NCBI GenBank assembly: GCA_963662335.2
Contig: CAXXVD010000005.1
Span: forward strand, 256,001 to 320,000
Direction of reading: 5' to 3'
DNA: 64,000 bases
DNA from: Chloroflexota bacterium
Lineage (GTDB): Bacteria; Chloroflexota; UBA11872; VXOZ01
Part shown: positions 41,240 to 50,513 of the stretch, one piece after another
How the letters are laid out: the number at the start of each line of letters is the position of its first letter
How positions within the stretch are numbered: the stretch's first letter is position 1
The notes under the pieces: model-generated
What the model was told of the DNA's origin: nothing
The model's input: the letters and a program-made list of their open reading frames with translations, nothing else
Database searches by the model: none
Position numbers and translations under genes: made by a program

Positions 41240-41377
41240 TGCGTGATCCGCTCTGCATAGTGGAGAGCGAAATCAGTCAGTTATTTGCCCAGCAAGTACG
41301 GCATTCCAAGGGGCTGCTAGAATAGCACCCAGCGGTGTAGCTATAGTGCCTTCCGCGTTGCACTGGAGAAAGTCCCA

Positions 41378-42550
41378 ATGGCCTATGACCTGATTCTACG
41401 CAACGGCGACATCATCGATCCCGGCGAGAGTCAACGCTTTACCGGCGACGTCGGCATTGCCGGCGGCAAGATTGCCGCCATAACCGCGGGCACGCTCGCG
41501 GGCAGCGGCGCGCGGGAGCTAGACGTTGCCGGTCACATCGTCACGCCCGGTTTGGTAGACCTGCACGGGCACTGCTACTGGGGCGTGGGCGGCGTCGGCC
41601 TCGACCCGGACCTGGTCGGCGCGCGCCACGGCGTCACCACCTGGATCGACCCCGGCAGCAGCGGCGCGGCCACCTTCCCGGCGTTCAAGCGCTTCATCAT
41701 CGAGCAAGCGCAGGTGCGCGTCATCCCCTTGCTCAACTTGAGCGCCAAGGGTTTGGTGCACTCCCTGGCGGTTGGCGAACTCAATGACATTCGCTACATC
41801 GATTCCGATCTCACCGCCGCCACGCTGGAAATGCATCGCGGCCTCATTGCCGGCATCAAAGTCCGTTCCGGCCGTTCCAGCACCGGGCAGATGGGCATGA
41901 CGCCGCTGTGGATCGGGCGTGAAGTCTGCGACCAGTTCTCGATCCCGCTCATGGTGCACATCTCAAACGTGGCGCCAACCTTGCAGGAATTGCTGCCCAT
42001 GCTGCGAAAAGGCGACATCGTGACCCACTGCTTCCACGGCAAGATGGGCGGTGTGCTGATGCGCGGCCGGGTGCGCGACGAGGCCTGGGCGGCGCGCGAA
42101 CGCGGCGTGCTCTTCGACATCGGCCACGGCAACAGCAGTTTCTCGTTCCCGGTCACCGCCGCCGCCATCGAGCAGGGCTTTCCGCCGGACTCCATCAGCA
42201 CCGACTTGCACCAGGTCAGCATCCGCAGCACGGCCAAGAGCTTTCCCCACGTCATGTCAAAGTTTCTTGCCCTGGGCATGGACCTCGAAACCGTCGTGCG
42301 CCGCAGCACGCTCACGCCCGCGCAGGCAATGGGGCGCGCGGACGTATGCGGCCAATTGCGGGTCGGCGCGCCGGCGGACATCGCGGTCTTCCGCCTCGAC
42401 ACCGGCCGCTTTACGTTCGTCGATCCACAAGGCGTGGAGCGTGAGGGCACATGTCAATTGGAGAACACCCTCACCATTGCGAACGGCGCGGTGCTCGACC
42501 GGAGCCGGGACCCGCTGGCGGACAAGCCGTTTCCCATGAATACCATCTAG
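41378..42550 (+). CDS. Amidohydrolase/deacetylase family metallohydrolase (dihydroorotase-like)
   Basis: PGLVDLHGH, GIKVR, MVHI, THCFHG, DIGHG..SFSF, ISTDL. Confidence 0.88.
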   Translation: MAYDLILRNGDIIDPGESQRFTGDVGIAGGKIAAITAGTLAGSGARELDVAGHIVTPGLVDLHGHCYWGVGGVGLDPDLVGARHGVTTWIDPGSSGAATFPAFKRFIIEQAQVRVIPLLNLSAKGLVHSLAVGELNDIRYIDSDLTAATLEMHRGLIAGIKVRSGRSSTGQMGMTPLWIGREVCDQFSIPLMVHISNVAPTLQELLPMLRKGDIVTHCFHGKMGGVLMRGRVRDEAWAARERGVLFDIGHGNSSFSFPVTAAAIEQGFPPDSISTDLHQVSIRSTAKSFPHVMSKFLALGMDLETVVRRSTLTPAQAMGRADVCGQLRVGAPADIAVFRLDTGRFTFVDPQGVEREGTCQLENTLTIANGAVLDRSRDPLADKPFPMNTI

Positions 42551-42615
42551 CGGGTAGGCCACGGCGTCAGCGGCGTGAGGGCGCGTTGCCCCGCATGCGC
42601 TGAGCAGAGAGTGCC

Positions 42616-44190
42616 ATGAGAGTAAAGTTTCTCCACGCCGCCGACATACACCTCGGCTACCAGCAATACGGCCTGGAACAACGCTACGACGACTTCACCG
42701 AGGCGTTCCGGTGGGTCGTCGATACCGCGCTGGAGGAGCGCGTTGACTTTCTCGTGCTGGCCGGCGACCTCTTCGAGAAGCGCGCGCTCGACCCGCGCAC
42801 GCTGCTCATTGCCGTCAGCGAGTTCGAAAAGCTCAAGGCGGCGGGAATCCCGGTCGTCGCCATCGAGGGCAACCACGAGCGCACGTACGGCGACACCTTC
42901 TCCTGGCTGGAATACCTGAATCAGAGCAAGTTGCTCTACCTTCTCGACTGCGCCCGCGGCGCGGGCGGCTGGCTGCCCCGGCCCTGGGACGACGAAGAAC
43001 GCGCCGGCGGCTTCGTTGACCTGGCCGGCGCGCGCATCTACGGCCTGAAGTATTGCGGCGCGCAGACCGGCGCAGTGTTGAACGAGATTGGCGGCGCGCT
43101 CTCTCGTAGGGATGGGGAGCAAGAGCGGGCGCCCTCTGGTGCCGCGGCTGCGCCAAGGGCAGACCCTCACCCCGGCCCTCTCCCAAAGGGAGAGGAAGCG
43201 GAAGCGAAGCCGCAGACTATTATGGATCCGACTGCGATTGAGCCGCAGGCTGCGATGGAGGCACAGACTCTGATGGAGCCGCAGGCTGAGATGGAGCCGG
43301 AGTTTTCCATCTTCCTCTGCCACACCTCCGTGGAGGGGTACTTCGACCAGGGACACCCGTTCGTCGAACTCAACGAACTAAGCAAACTGCGAAAGCACGT
43401 AGACTATCTCGCTCTCGGCCACGTCCACGCCCCCTATCGCGGCGCGCTCGGCGACGGCGACTGGCTCTTCAATCCCGGCTGCCCGGAGACGTGGAGTAGC
43501 GAAGAGGGGCAGCATCGAGACAAAGGCGCCAATCTGGTGAACGTAGACACCGCCCGGACGCCGGCGTTCACAGCCGCGGCGCTGGACTATCCCCACCGCC
43601 GCCCGTTCATCCGCATCCGCCAGGAAATGGACGCCTGCCCCTCGCCGGAGAGGCTGCTGGATCTGCTGGCGGACAAAGTGGACCGCGAGCCTCTGCCAGG
43701 CGCGGCTGCCGCGCCGCCGCGAGTCATTGGAGGGCCGGACGCGGAGCCCGACGCCGCCAACCGCTTTGCCAAAGCCCCCATCGTCGAAGTGCTGCTCACC
43801 GGCATCGCCCGCTTCTCCCGCACTGAAATAGACGCGGATGCGATCGAGCAATTGGCGCGGCAGCGCTTCGCGCCGCTGGCGGTCCGCATCCGCTCGTCGC
43901 TCCAAGAAGCGCCCGCGGACCTCATCGACGGCGGCGAGTCGCTCAGCCGCCCCGTGCTGGAACGCATGGTCTTCGAGAATCTCATCCGGGCCGACGATCG
44001 CTTTGCGCCGGAGGCAGCGGAATTTGCCCAGGTCGCTACCTTTCTGAAGCAGATGGCGCTCGACGGCGCTGCCGCCAGCGAGATTGCGGAGGAAACGCGC
44101 AATCGCCTGCGCGCGCAGCGGCAAGCGGCGCGTGACGATGCCGTTCCCGCAAATCCGGCCCTTGCGGATGACTCCATGCCACCGGATTAA
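42616..44190 (+). CDS. sbcD: Mre11/SbcD-family DNA repair exonuclease
   Basis: ADIHLG, AGDLFE, EGNHE, CH and ALGHVH phosphoesterase motifs, NPGCPE. Confidence 0.92.
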   Translation: MRVKFLHAADIHLGYQQYGLEQRYDDFTEAFRWVVDTALEERVDFLVLAGDLFEKRALDPRTLLIAVSEFEKLKAAGIPVVAIEGNHERTYGDTFSWLEYLNQSKLLYLLDCARGAGGWLPRPWDDEERAGGFVDLAGARIYGLKYCGAQTGAVLNEIGGALSRRDGEQERAPSGAAAAPRADPHPGPLPKGEEAEAKPQTIMDPTAIEPQAAMEAQTLMEPQAEMEPEFSIFLCHTSVEGYFDQGHPFVELNELSKLRKHVDYLALGHVHAPYRGALGDGDWLFNPGCPETWSSEEGQHRDKGANLVNVDTARTPAFTAAALDYPHRRPFIRIRQEMDACPSPERLLDLLADKVDREPLPGAAAAPPRVIGGPDAEPDAANRFAKAPIVEVLLTGIARFSRTEIDADAIEQLARQRFAPLAVRIRSSLQEAPADLIDGGESLSRPVLERMVFENLIRADDRFAPEAAEFAQVATFLKQMALDGAAASEIAEETRNRLRAQRQAARDDAVPANPALADDSMPPD

Positions 44191-44196
44191 CGCCTC

Positions 44197-47112
44197 ATGC
44201 GCATCACTGCCGTAAGTCTCAAGAACGTCAAGAGTTACGAGGAAGCCACAATCCGCTTCCCGCTGGGCACTATTGCCATTACCGGTCCAAACGGGGCCGG
44301 CAAGAGCACAATCCTCGAGGCCATCGGCTTCGCGCTCTTCGACTACCTGCCGTACCGCAACCAGCGGGAGTTCATGCGCCACAACGCCACCGAAACAGAC
44401 GTGCGCGTGACCTTTCTCTCCCGCCTGGACGAGTGCGAATACCAGGCCGTGCGCACCTTGAGACGCGCCACCGGCAGCGCCGACACGGTTACGTCGTCCT
44501 ACTACGTGTACAGCTTCGATACCCAGCAGCGTGTGGCGCAGCAGAAGCAGGACGTGCACGCTTTCCTGCGGCGGCACATCGGCCTGGACGACTACGACGA
44601 TCTCGGGCGCGTCTTTGCCGACGTGCTGGGTGTGCCGCAGGGACGCTTGACGGCGGACTTCCTGCTCACGCCCCGCCAGCGCAAACAGACCTTTGATCCC
44701 TTGCTGCGGGTTGACGTCTATCGCCGCGTCTATGAAGCGCTGCGCGATGTCTTGGACGCGCTGCAAGGGAAGGTCTCTGAGCACGAACGGCGCGTCTCCG
44801 GTCTGGAGCCCGAGGCGGCGCGCCTGCCGGGCGCGCGGGCGGCGTTGGCCCAATACGAAGCGGAGCACGCCACGTCCACGGCGGCGGCGCGCGCCTTGGC
44901 CACGGAGCTAACCCGCTTGCAAGACGAACAACAGCGCCTGGAATCGCAGCGCCGCACGCTGGAACAACAGCGTGCTCTCGTCCGCCAACAGGCGCAGCAA
45001 CGGCAAAACCTGCAAGAACGCTTGCAGGCGGAGCGGGCGCAGGTTGCCGCGGCCATGCAGGCCGAGGCCCAGGTAGAGAGCGCCGCCGCGGGCCACCAGG
45101 CGCACCAGAGGGCGCAAGAGGCCCTGGCGGCACTCGAGGTTGAGCGCAACGCGGCCCGGCAACTCCGCGACGAGCAGCACGCCGCGGAGACCGCGTTGGC
45201 CGCCCTGCGCACGCGGGAGGCGGCGCTGGAAATGAGCGTGGCGGAAGCGGAAGCGGCCCGCGCGCAGCGGGTGGCGCTCGCGCCCCGGGTCGCGCGGCAG
45301 GAACGGCTGGAAGCGCACGCACAGGAGTTCCACCAGGACCTGGCCTACGCCCGGCAAGCGGGGCGGTTGGTTGCCGACATGCTGCGGCAGGTTGCCGAAG
45401 CGGGGCGCAATGGCGCACCCGGGCAGGCGGAAGTAGACCTGCCGGCGGCGCCGAGCGAGGCCGCCGCCTTTGTGTGCGCACAACTTGATGCGCAGCGCGA
45501 GCGCTTGCAGCCGGTCGGCGTGTGGCTGGAACAACGCGCCGACTTGCGCGATCGTTTCAGCAAGACGCAACCGGCGCGCAACCGGACGGCTGATGACGTG
45601 GCCCATTGCAAGTCATTCGCCGAAACTGCCTCCCAGCTAGCCGGCCTCGAGGCGCAGGCGCAGGAATTCCGCAACCGCGTCAGCACCTACGAAGCTGAGC
45701 GGCGCTTTAGCCGGTCGTCGCGGGACATGGCCGCCGGCGGCCTGTGCCCGTTCTTCAAGGACGATTGTCCCAAGGTGGAGGATGGCAACAGCCTCACTGC
45801 AATCCTCGAGGGCCTCATCCACGACTACACGAAACAGGCCGAACAAGCGCGCGCGGAGAGAAAGCGGTTGGAACAAGCGGTCGCCCAGGCGCGCGCGGCT
45901 CAGAAGCAGGTAGACCGCCTCGCCGACTTGAGACCGCGCCTGCGGCAGTTGGAAACGGAATTGCAGGCGATCGAGCGGCAAGGGGAACGGTATGCCGAGC
46001 GGATAGACGAGCGCGTGAGCGGCGTCTGGTCGGCGGCAGCGATCACCGAGACTCTGGCGCAACTCGCGGCGGCGGAAGAGCGGTTGCAGCAGGAATTGCG
46101 CGAACTGGGCAACCCGCGGCAAGAGTCGGATCGCATGTTCGGCCCCGCGCGCGAGTACGAACAGCGCGCACAGGCGCTCGCCAAGTTGCGGCGCGAGCGC
46201 GCGGCGAGCGAAGCGAAAGTGGAATCTCTTGCCGCCCGCCTCGCACCGTACGCCGACCTGGAGCAGCGCGTGGCGGCGCAGCGGCAGGCGGCTAAAGCGA
46301 GTCGTCATGACTACCAGACCTATTTGCGCTACCAGGAGACCGCCGCCGACCTGCCGCGCCGTCAGGAAGTCGTGGCGGCGCTAACGAAAGACGTCACAGA
46401 GAGCGCACAAGCGCACGTGGAGTCCCAACGGCTGCTCGCGGAGTGCGAAGCCGCCTGGGAGCCGGCCGCACTAGCCGACGCGAACGCAAACGTGAGCCGG
46501 ACTCAAGGCCAGTTGGGCGCGGCGCACGAGCGCTCCCGCCATCTCAGCGAACAGATTGCGCAGGCCAAGCAAGAAATCGCCGCACTGGAAGCGGCGGCGC
46601 GGACGTTGGCGGAAGCGCAGCAGGCATTGACCGAGGCGCGGGAGGCGCACGCGGTGACCGGCTTTCTGCGCACCGTCATCCGCGACGCCGGGCCGCAGGT
46701 CGCGCGCTACCTCATCCAGCAAGTTTCCGCCGAGGCCAACACCCTCTTCAGCGAGATCATGGGCGACGCCAGCGCCGAACTCGCGCTCACGGAGGACTAC
46801 GACATTCTCCTGGAGCAGCACGGCCACCGGCGAGGATTCATGCAACTGTCCGGCGGCGAGCAGATGAGCGCGGCGTTGGCCGTGCGTCTCGGCCTGCTGC
46901 GCCAGATCTCCGATCTGGACATCGCCTTCTTCGATGAACCCACCCAGAATATGGATAGCGAACGCCGCCACAACCTGGCCGAGCAATTGCAGCGCGTGAA
47001 AGGCTTCCGGCAACTCTTCGTCATTAGCCACGACGATACGTTCGAGCCGATGGTCGCCAGGGTGCTGCGCGTGCGCAAGGAGAACGGCGTGAGCACGGTA
47101 GAAGCGGTATAG
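44197..47112 (+). CDS. sbcC: Rad50/SbcC-family SMC-like ATPase
   Basis: GPNGAGKS, Q-loop VPQG, long coiled coil with central CPFFKDDCP, LSGGE, FFDEPT, VISH. Confidence 0.93.
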   Translation: MRITAVSLKNVKSYEEATIRFPLGTIAITGPNGAGKSTILEAIGFALFDYLPYRNQREFMRHNATETDVRVTFLSRLDECEYQAVRTLRRATGSADTVTSSYYVYSFDTQQRVAQQKQDVHAFLRRHIGLDDYDDLGRVFADVLGVPQGRLTADFLLTPRQRKQTFDPLLRVDVYRRVYEALRDVLDALQGKVSEHERRVSGLEPEAARLPGARAALAQYEAEHATSTAAARALATELTRLQDEQQRLESQRRTLEQQRALVRQQAQQRQNLQERLQAERAQVAAAMQAEAQVESAAAGHQAHQRAQEALAALEVERNAARQLRDEQHAAETALAALRTREAALEMSVAEAEAARAQRVALAPRVARQERLEAHAQEFHQDLAYARQAGRLVADMLRQVAEAGRNGAPGQAEVDLPAAPSEAAAFVCAQLDAQRERLQPVGVWLEQRADLRDRFSKTQPARNRTADDVAHCKSFAETASQLAGLEAQAQEFRNRVSTYEAERRFSRSSRDMAAGGLCPFFKDDCPKVEDGNSLTAILEGLIHDYTKQAEQARAERKRLEQAVAQARAAQKQVDRLADLRPRLRQLETELQAIERQGERYAERIDERVSGVWSAAAITETLAQLAAAEERLQQELRELGNPRQESDRMFGPAREYEQRAQALAKLRRERAASEAKVESLAARLAPYADLEQRVAAQRQAAKASRHDYQTYLRYQETAADLPRRQEVVAALTKDVTESAQAHVESQRLLAECEAAWEPAALADANANVSRTQGQLGAAHERSRHLSEQIAQAKQEIAALEAAARTLAEAQQALTEAREAHAVTGFLRTVIRDAGPQVARYLIQQVSAEANTLFSEIMGDASAELALTEDYDILLEQHGHRRGFMQLSGGEQMSAALAVRLGLLRQISDLDIAFFDEPTQNMDSERRHNLAEQLQRVKGFRQLFVISHDDTFEPMVARVLRVRKENGVSTVEAV

Positions 47113-47126
47113 GCGCAAATGAGTGT

Positions 47127-47386
47127 GTCATTCCTGTAAATGTCAGGTAATTCGTTGACAGATTCCGCCTTCCGCGAGGCAACGGTGGTAGCCGCTGTCA
47201 TTCCGAGCGCAGCGAGGAATCTAGGGCCGTCACGCAACAAGCCGCTCGCCTTATAGCACCCTAGATTCCTCACTGCGCTGCGCTTCGTTCGGAATGACAG
47301 GAAAGACAGCTTTGCGTTGCACCCGGGTCACTCACTTTATCCAGCAATTCTGTCAACGAATTAGTCAACATTTACCGGGAAATGAC
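47127..47386. mobile_element. MITE-like non-autonomous element of about 260 bp with an internal inverted REP pair
   Basis: Imperfect terminal inverted repeats of about 36 bp (GTCATT..GTAAATGT....TAATTCGTTGACAGA) flank the REP pair at 47196-47299; no target-site duplication identified. Confidence 0.55.
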
Positions 47387-47469
47387 GGTCAGAAAACTCG
47401 CTGTCGTCTTCATTCCCTTGTGTGGCCGCCGCACGGTCACAGTGATTGCCATGTAATGTGGAGAAAGAC

Positions 47470-48681
47470 GTGTTCTATCGGGACAAAGTAATCGCCGCCC
47501 TTGAAGCGAAACGCCTCGACCTCATGCGGATCGACGACGCGCAACTCGATCACCTCCAGCAACTGCAGGCGGCGCGGGATAGTCTGGCAACCATGACGGC
47601 CGCCGAAGTGTGCGACAGGCTAAGCGCGGTCGCGGCGCCGGACGCCCTCCCGACACCGGAATTCGACCGCGCGCCCAGCCTGCGGCTTGCGCTCGACGAA
47701 CCCTGGGACGACAACCTGGCCGCGATGCGCCACTGGGCCGCGGCGACTCTCAACCGGATTGCGGTATGCGCCGTGGACGGCAGCCAGTTGCCGGCCACCA
47801 AAGAATCTCCCCTGCCCCTTGCCGCCGTGCAAGTGGCGTGGTACGTGAATCCGCATACGGGCAACGGTGAATTCGTCAAGGAAGCCGACGTTGAAATCCT
47901 GACACCCGATGCTCTCGGCAGCGGCGAGGGCGAGACTGAAGCCGACGGCCAGGTGAACCTGCTCCGCCACGAGCGGGAAGTGGCCAAAGTCGTCGACTTC
48001 ATGCGAGAGCAGGCGGACGGCCAAGAGCGCGCGCTCGTCTTCTTCGACGGCTCGCTCGCCGTCTCCTACGCCGCCGGCCGGCGCCCGGAAGTGCGCGACC
48101 GCTACCGCGCCGCCGCCGTGCGCATGTTGCGTACTTCAGAGGAGTGCGAAGTGCCGCTTATCGCGTATATTGACAATTCCCGCGCCCGCGATTTCGCGCG
48201 AATGCTCTGCTACTTGCAGAACCTCGACCCGGCTACCCACGCTCTGATTAGCGATGCCGCGCTCCTCGATGAACCGCTCCCCGCGCCGTGGCGGGGCTGG
48301 CGCTCACCCGCTTTCTTGTGCCAGAGAGAGGACGTGGTGGAAGCAGGCAACTACACGGACTCCGAGACCGGCAAGAGCTACAGCCAGGAGATTTGCTTCA
48401 CGTACCTCAAGACGAGCAGCCGGCGGCCGGCGCGGCTGGAGTTTCCGGCCTGGCTGCTGCGCGCCGGTGTGCTCGACCGCGTGGTAGACTGGGTACGCGC
48501 CGAGTCGATTGTGGGCGGCGGCTACCCGTACGCCATTCAGGCGGCGGACGCCGCGGCGGTTATTTCGTTCCAAGACCGGCAGCGCTACTTGCGCGCCCTG
48601 GACGAGTTTGGGCGGCGCCACGGCATTCGCACCCTGGAAGCGTCCGCCAAGCAGGCCAGCAAAGAACGGCGGCGGGCTTAA
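47470..48681 (+). CDS. nurA: NurA-family nuclease
   Basis: AVDGSQ, FFDGSL, ARLEFPAW, GYPYAI.AAD..AVI; GTG start with GGAG upstream. Confidence 0.9.
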   Translation: MFYRDKVIAALEAKRLDLMRIDDAQLDHLQQLQAARDSLATMTAAEVCDRLSAVAAPDALPTPEFDRAPSLRLALDEPWDDNLAAMRHWAAATLNRIAVCAVDGSQLPATKESPLPLAAVQVAWYVNPHTGNGEFVKEADVEILTPDALGSGEGETEADGQVNLLRHEREVAKVVDFMREQADGQERALVFFDGSLAVSYAAGRRPEVRDRYRAAAVRMLRTSEECEVPLIAYIDNSRARDFARMLCYLQNLDPATHALISDAALLDEPLPAPWRGWRSPAFLCQREDVVEAGNYTDSETGKSYSQEICFTYLKTSSRRPARLEFPAWLLRAGVLDRVVDWVRAESIVGGGYPYAIQAADAAAVISFQDRQRYLRALDEFGRRHGIRTLEASAKQASKERRRA

Positions 48682-48693
48682 GAGGCGGGAACT

Positions 48694-49446
48694 ATGGCGG
48701 ACACGGTCATCGGGCGCATCGTCAAGTCCAACTCCCACACGGATTACGTCTGCCAGGTCTTTGCTCCCCACGAGCGGGAGTACGATCCAAAGCCTGAGGA
48801 TTACGCCTTTGGCCGTTTCGTGGCAGCGCCAATCGACGCCGCCGCGCGTTCATCCTTCGACAGGCTCAGGACGAACGGCGGCGAAGGCAGTGACGTAAGC
48901 GATGGCGGGTCTTCCGCCACGCCCAGGACGAATGGCGGCGCGGACGGTGATGTGAGTGACAGTGGGTCACTCGCCGGTCCTGAGACGAGCGGCGGCGAGC
49001 GCACTGCCGTCGGCATCGTCTATGACACCATCCTCCTGAATCCGGAGTACGGCAGCCTCGGCCCCCGCTTGAATCCGCCGGGCGACCAGGCCATGCTTGC
49101 GCCGGATTACCTGGTGGAAAAGGCCACCGCCGTTGGCATCCTCATCGTCGGGTTGCGAGAGGGCGGCGCCACCAGGCACGGCGTGGTTCCGTATTCGCTG
49201 TCCGTAGACGCCGAGGTTGCGAGCATGGACGACGACGAGACGCGGCGCTTCCACCAGGTGGACGGGCAACTGTCGCTCGGCTATTTGCCGCAGCTCATTT
49301 CCCACCAAAGCCCGCTCGTCACCGAACTCGGCCTCAGCGTAATTCGGCATCTTCTCACGCTCTTCGACGAGCCCGGCGACCGGCGCCTGCTCCACACGCT
49401 GGCCGCCCATCTCTCGTGGCAAGCGCGCGTCGCGCCCCTGGGCTAG
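48694..49446 (+). CDS. Stand-alone HAS-barrel-like protein associated with NurA/HerA
   Basis: IGRIVKSNSHTDYVCQV..FGRFV..VGIVYDT.L.NP..GPRL; sits between nurA and herA; fold assignment is inferred. Confidence 0.65.
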   Translation: MADTVIGRIVKSNSHTDYVCQVFAPHEREYDPKPEDYAFGRFVAAPIDAAARSSFDRLRTNGGEGSDVSDGGSSATPRTNGGADGDVSDSGSLAGPETSGGERTAVGIVYDTILLNPEYGSLGPRLNPPGDQAMLAPDYLVEKATAVGILIVGLREGGATRHGVVPYSLSVDAEVASMDDDETRRFHQVDGQLSLGYLPQLISHQSPLVTELGLSVIRHLLTLFDEPGDRRLLHTLAAHLSWQARVAPLG

Positions 49447-49483
49447 CCGTTCGGCTCCCTCTCAACGCCATGCAACAATCTTG

Positions 49484-49534
49484 GTAGCGCAGGTTTGCAA
49501 CCTGCGTCTTAGTAGCCCAGGTTTGCAACCTGCG
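49484..49534 (+). repeat. Tandem pair of GTAG-type REP-like palindromes GTAGC(G/C)CAGGTTTGCAACCTGCG
   Basis: Units at 49484 and 49512; related inverted unit near 4648-4668. Confidence 0.8.
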
Positions 49535-49679
49535 TCCGCGCCGCGCAATCGGCTGCCAGCGCCTGTACCACTCAAACCATCAAGCAAGGAGCGCCTCACC
49601 GTCCGTTAGCCTCGCGAGTGCTCTGGTACACTAGGGAGTACGCAAATCCCTAGCTCGGAGAAGATGAGGTACACGGCGC

Positions 49680-50453
49680 ATGCGCGAAAACCCGGTAAAG
49701 CAACTCCTCGCAGCGGGCAAGCCCGCCGTCGGCGCGTGGCTTACCCTTGGCGATCCCCTGGCTACCGAGACCCTGGCGCACATGGGGTTCGACTGGCTCA
49801 ACGTGGACATGGAGCACGGCTCCATTGACGTGCGCGCGACCCGCACGCTCTTCCAGGTCATCAACACCACCGACGTCGTGCCGACGGCGCGGGTGCCCTG
49901 GAACGACCACGTGTGGATCAAGCGCGTGCTGGACGCCGGCGCGTACGGCGTAGTGGCGCCCATGGTGCGCACGCGCGAGGAAGCCGAGCGCGCCGTAGCC
50001 GCCTGCCGCTATCCGCCGGCCGGCATCCGCAGCATCGGCAGCGGGCGCAACCACTATGCGTTTCGCGGTTCCCAGGCCGACTATCTCGCCCGCGCCAACG
50101 ATCAACTGCTGGTCGTCATCCAGATCGAACACGCCGACGCCATCCGGCGGCTGGACGACATCCTGAGCGTGCCCGGCATCGACGCCGCCTTCATCGGCCC
50201 CAACGACCTCTGCGCCTCGCTGGGCATCCCGCCCAGCACGGACAGCGACCATCCCGATTTCGAGGCCGCCGTTGCCCAGGTCGCGGCCGTGTCTCAGAAG
50301 TACGGTGTAGCGCCGGGCATCCACACGAGTTCGGGCCGGGCGCTGAACAAGCGGTTGGAACAGGGCTTTCGCTACCTGGGCCTCGCCAACGACCAGCGCT
50401 TTCTCATCGCCGGCGCAAGCGAGGAACTGTCCGTCATCCGGCGCGAGCCGTAG
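49680..50453 (+). CDS. HpcH/HpaI-family aldolase
   Basis: GFDW..VDMEHG, RVLDAGA, RYPPAGIRS, IQIE, FIGPNDL. Confidence 0.92.
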   Translation: MRENPVKQLLAAGKPAVGAWLTLGDPLATETLAHMGFDWLNVDMEHGSIDVRATRTLFQVINTTDVVPTARVPWNDHVWIKRVLDAGAYGVVAPMVRTREEAERAVAACRYPPAGIRSIGSGRNHYAFRGSQADYLARANDQLLVVIQIEHADAIRRLDDILSVPGIDAAFIGPNDLCASLGIPPSTDSDHPDFEAAVAQVAAVSQKYGVAPGIHTSSGRALNKRLEQGFRYLGLANDQRFLIAGASEELSVIRREP

Positions 50454-50513
50454 TCCCCAATCCAAAGGCCGCCCTACCGGCGCGGCGCCGGGCGCAACCG
50501 GGAGCGCACACCG

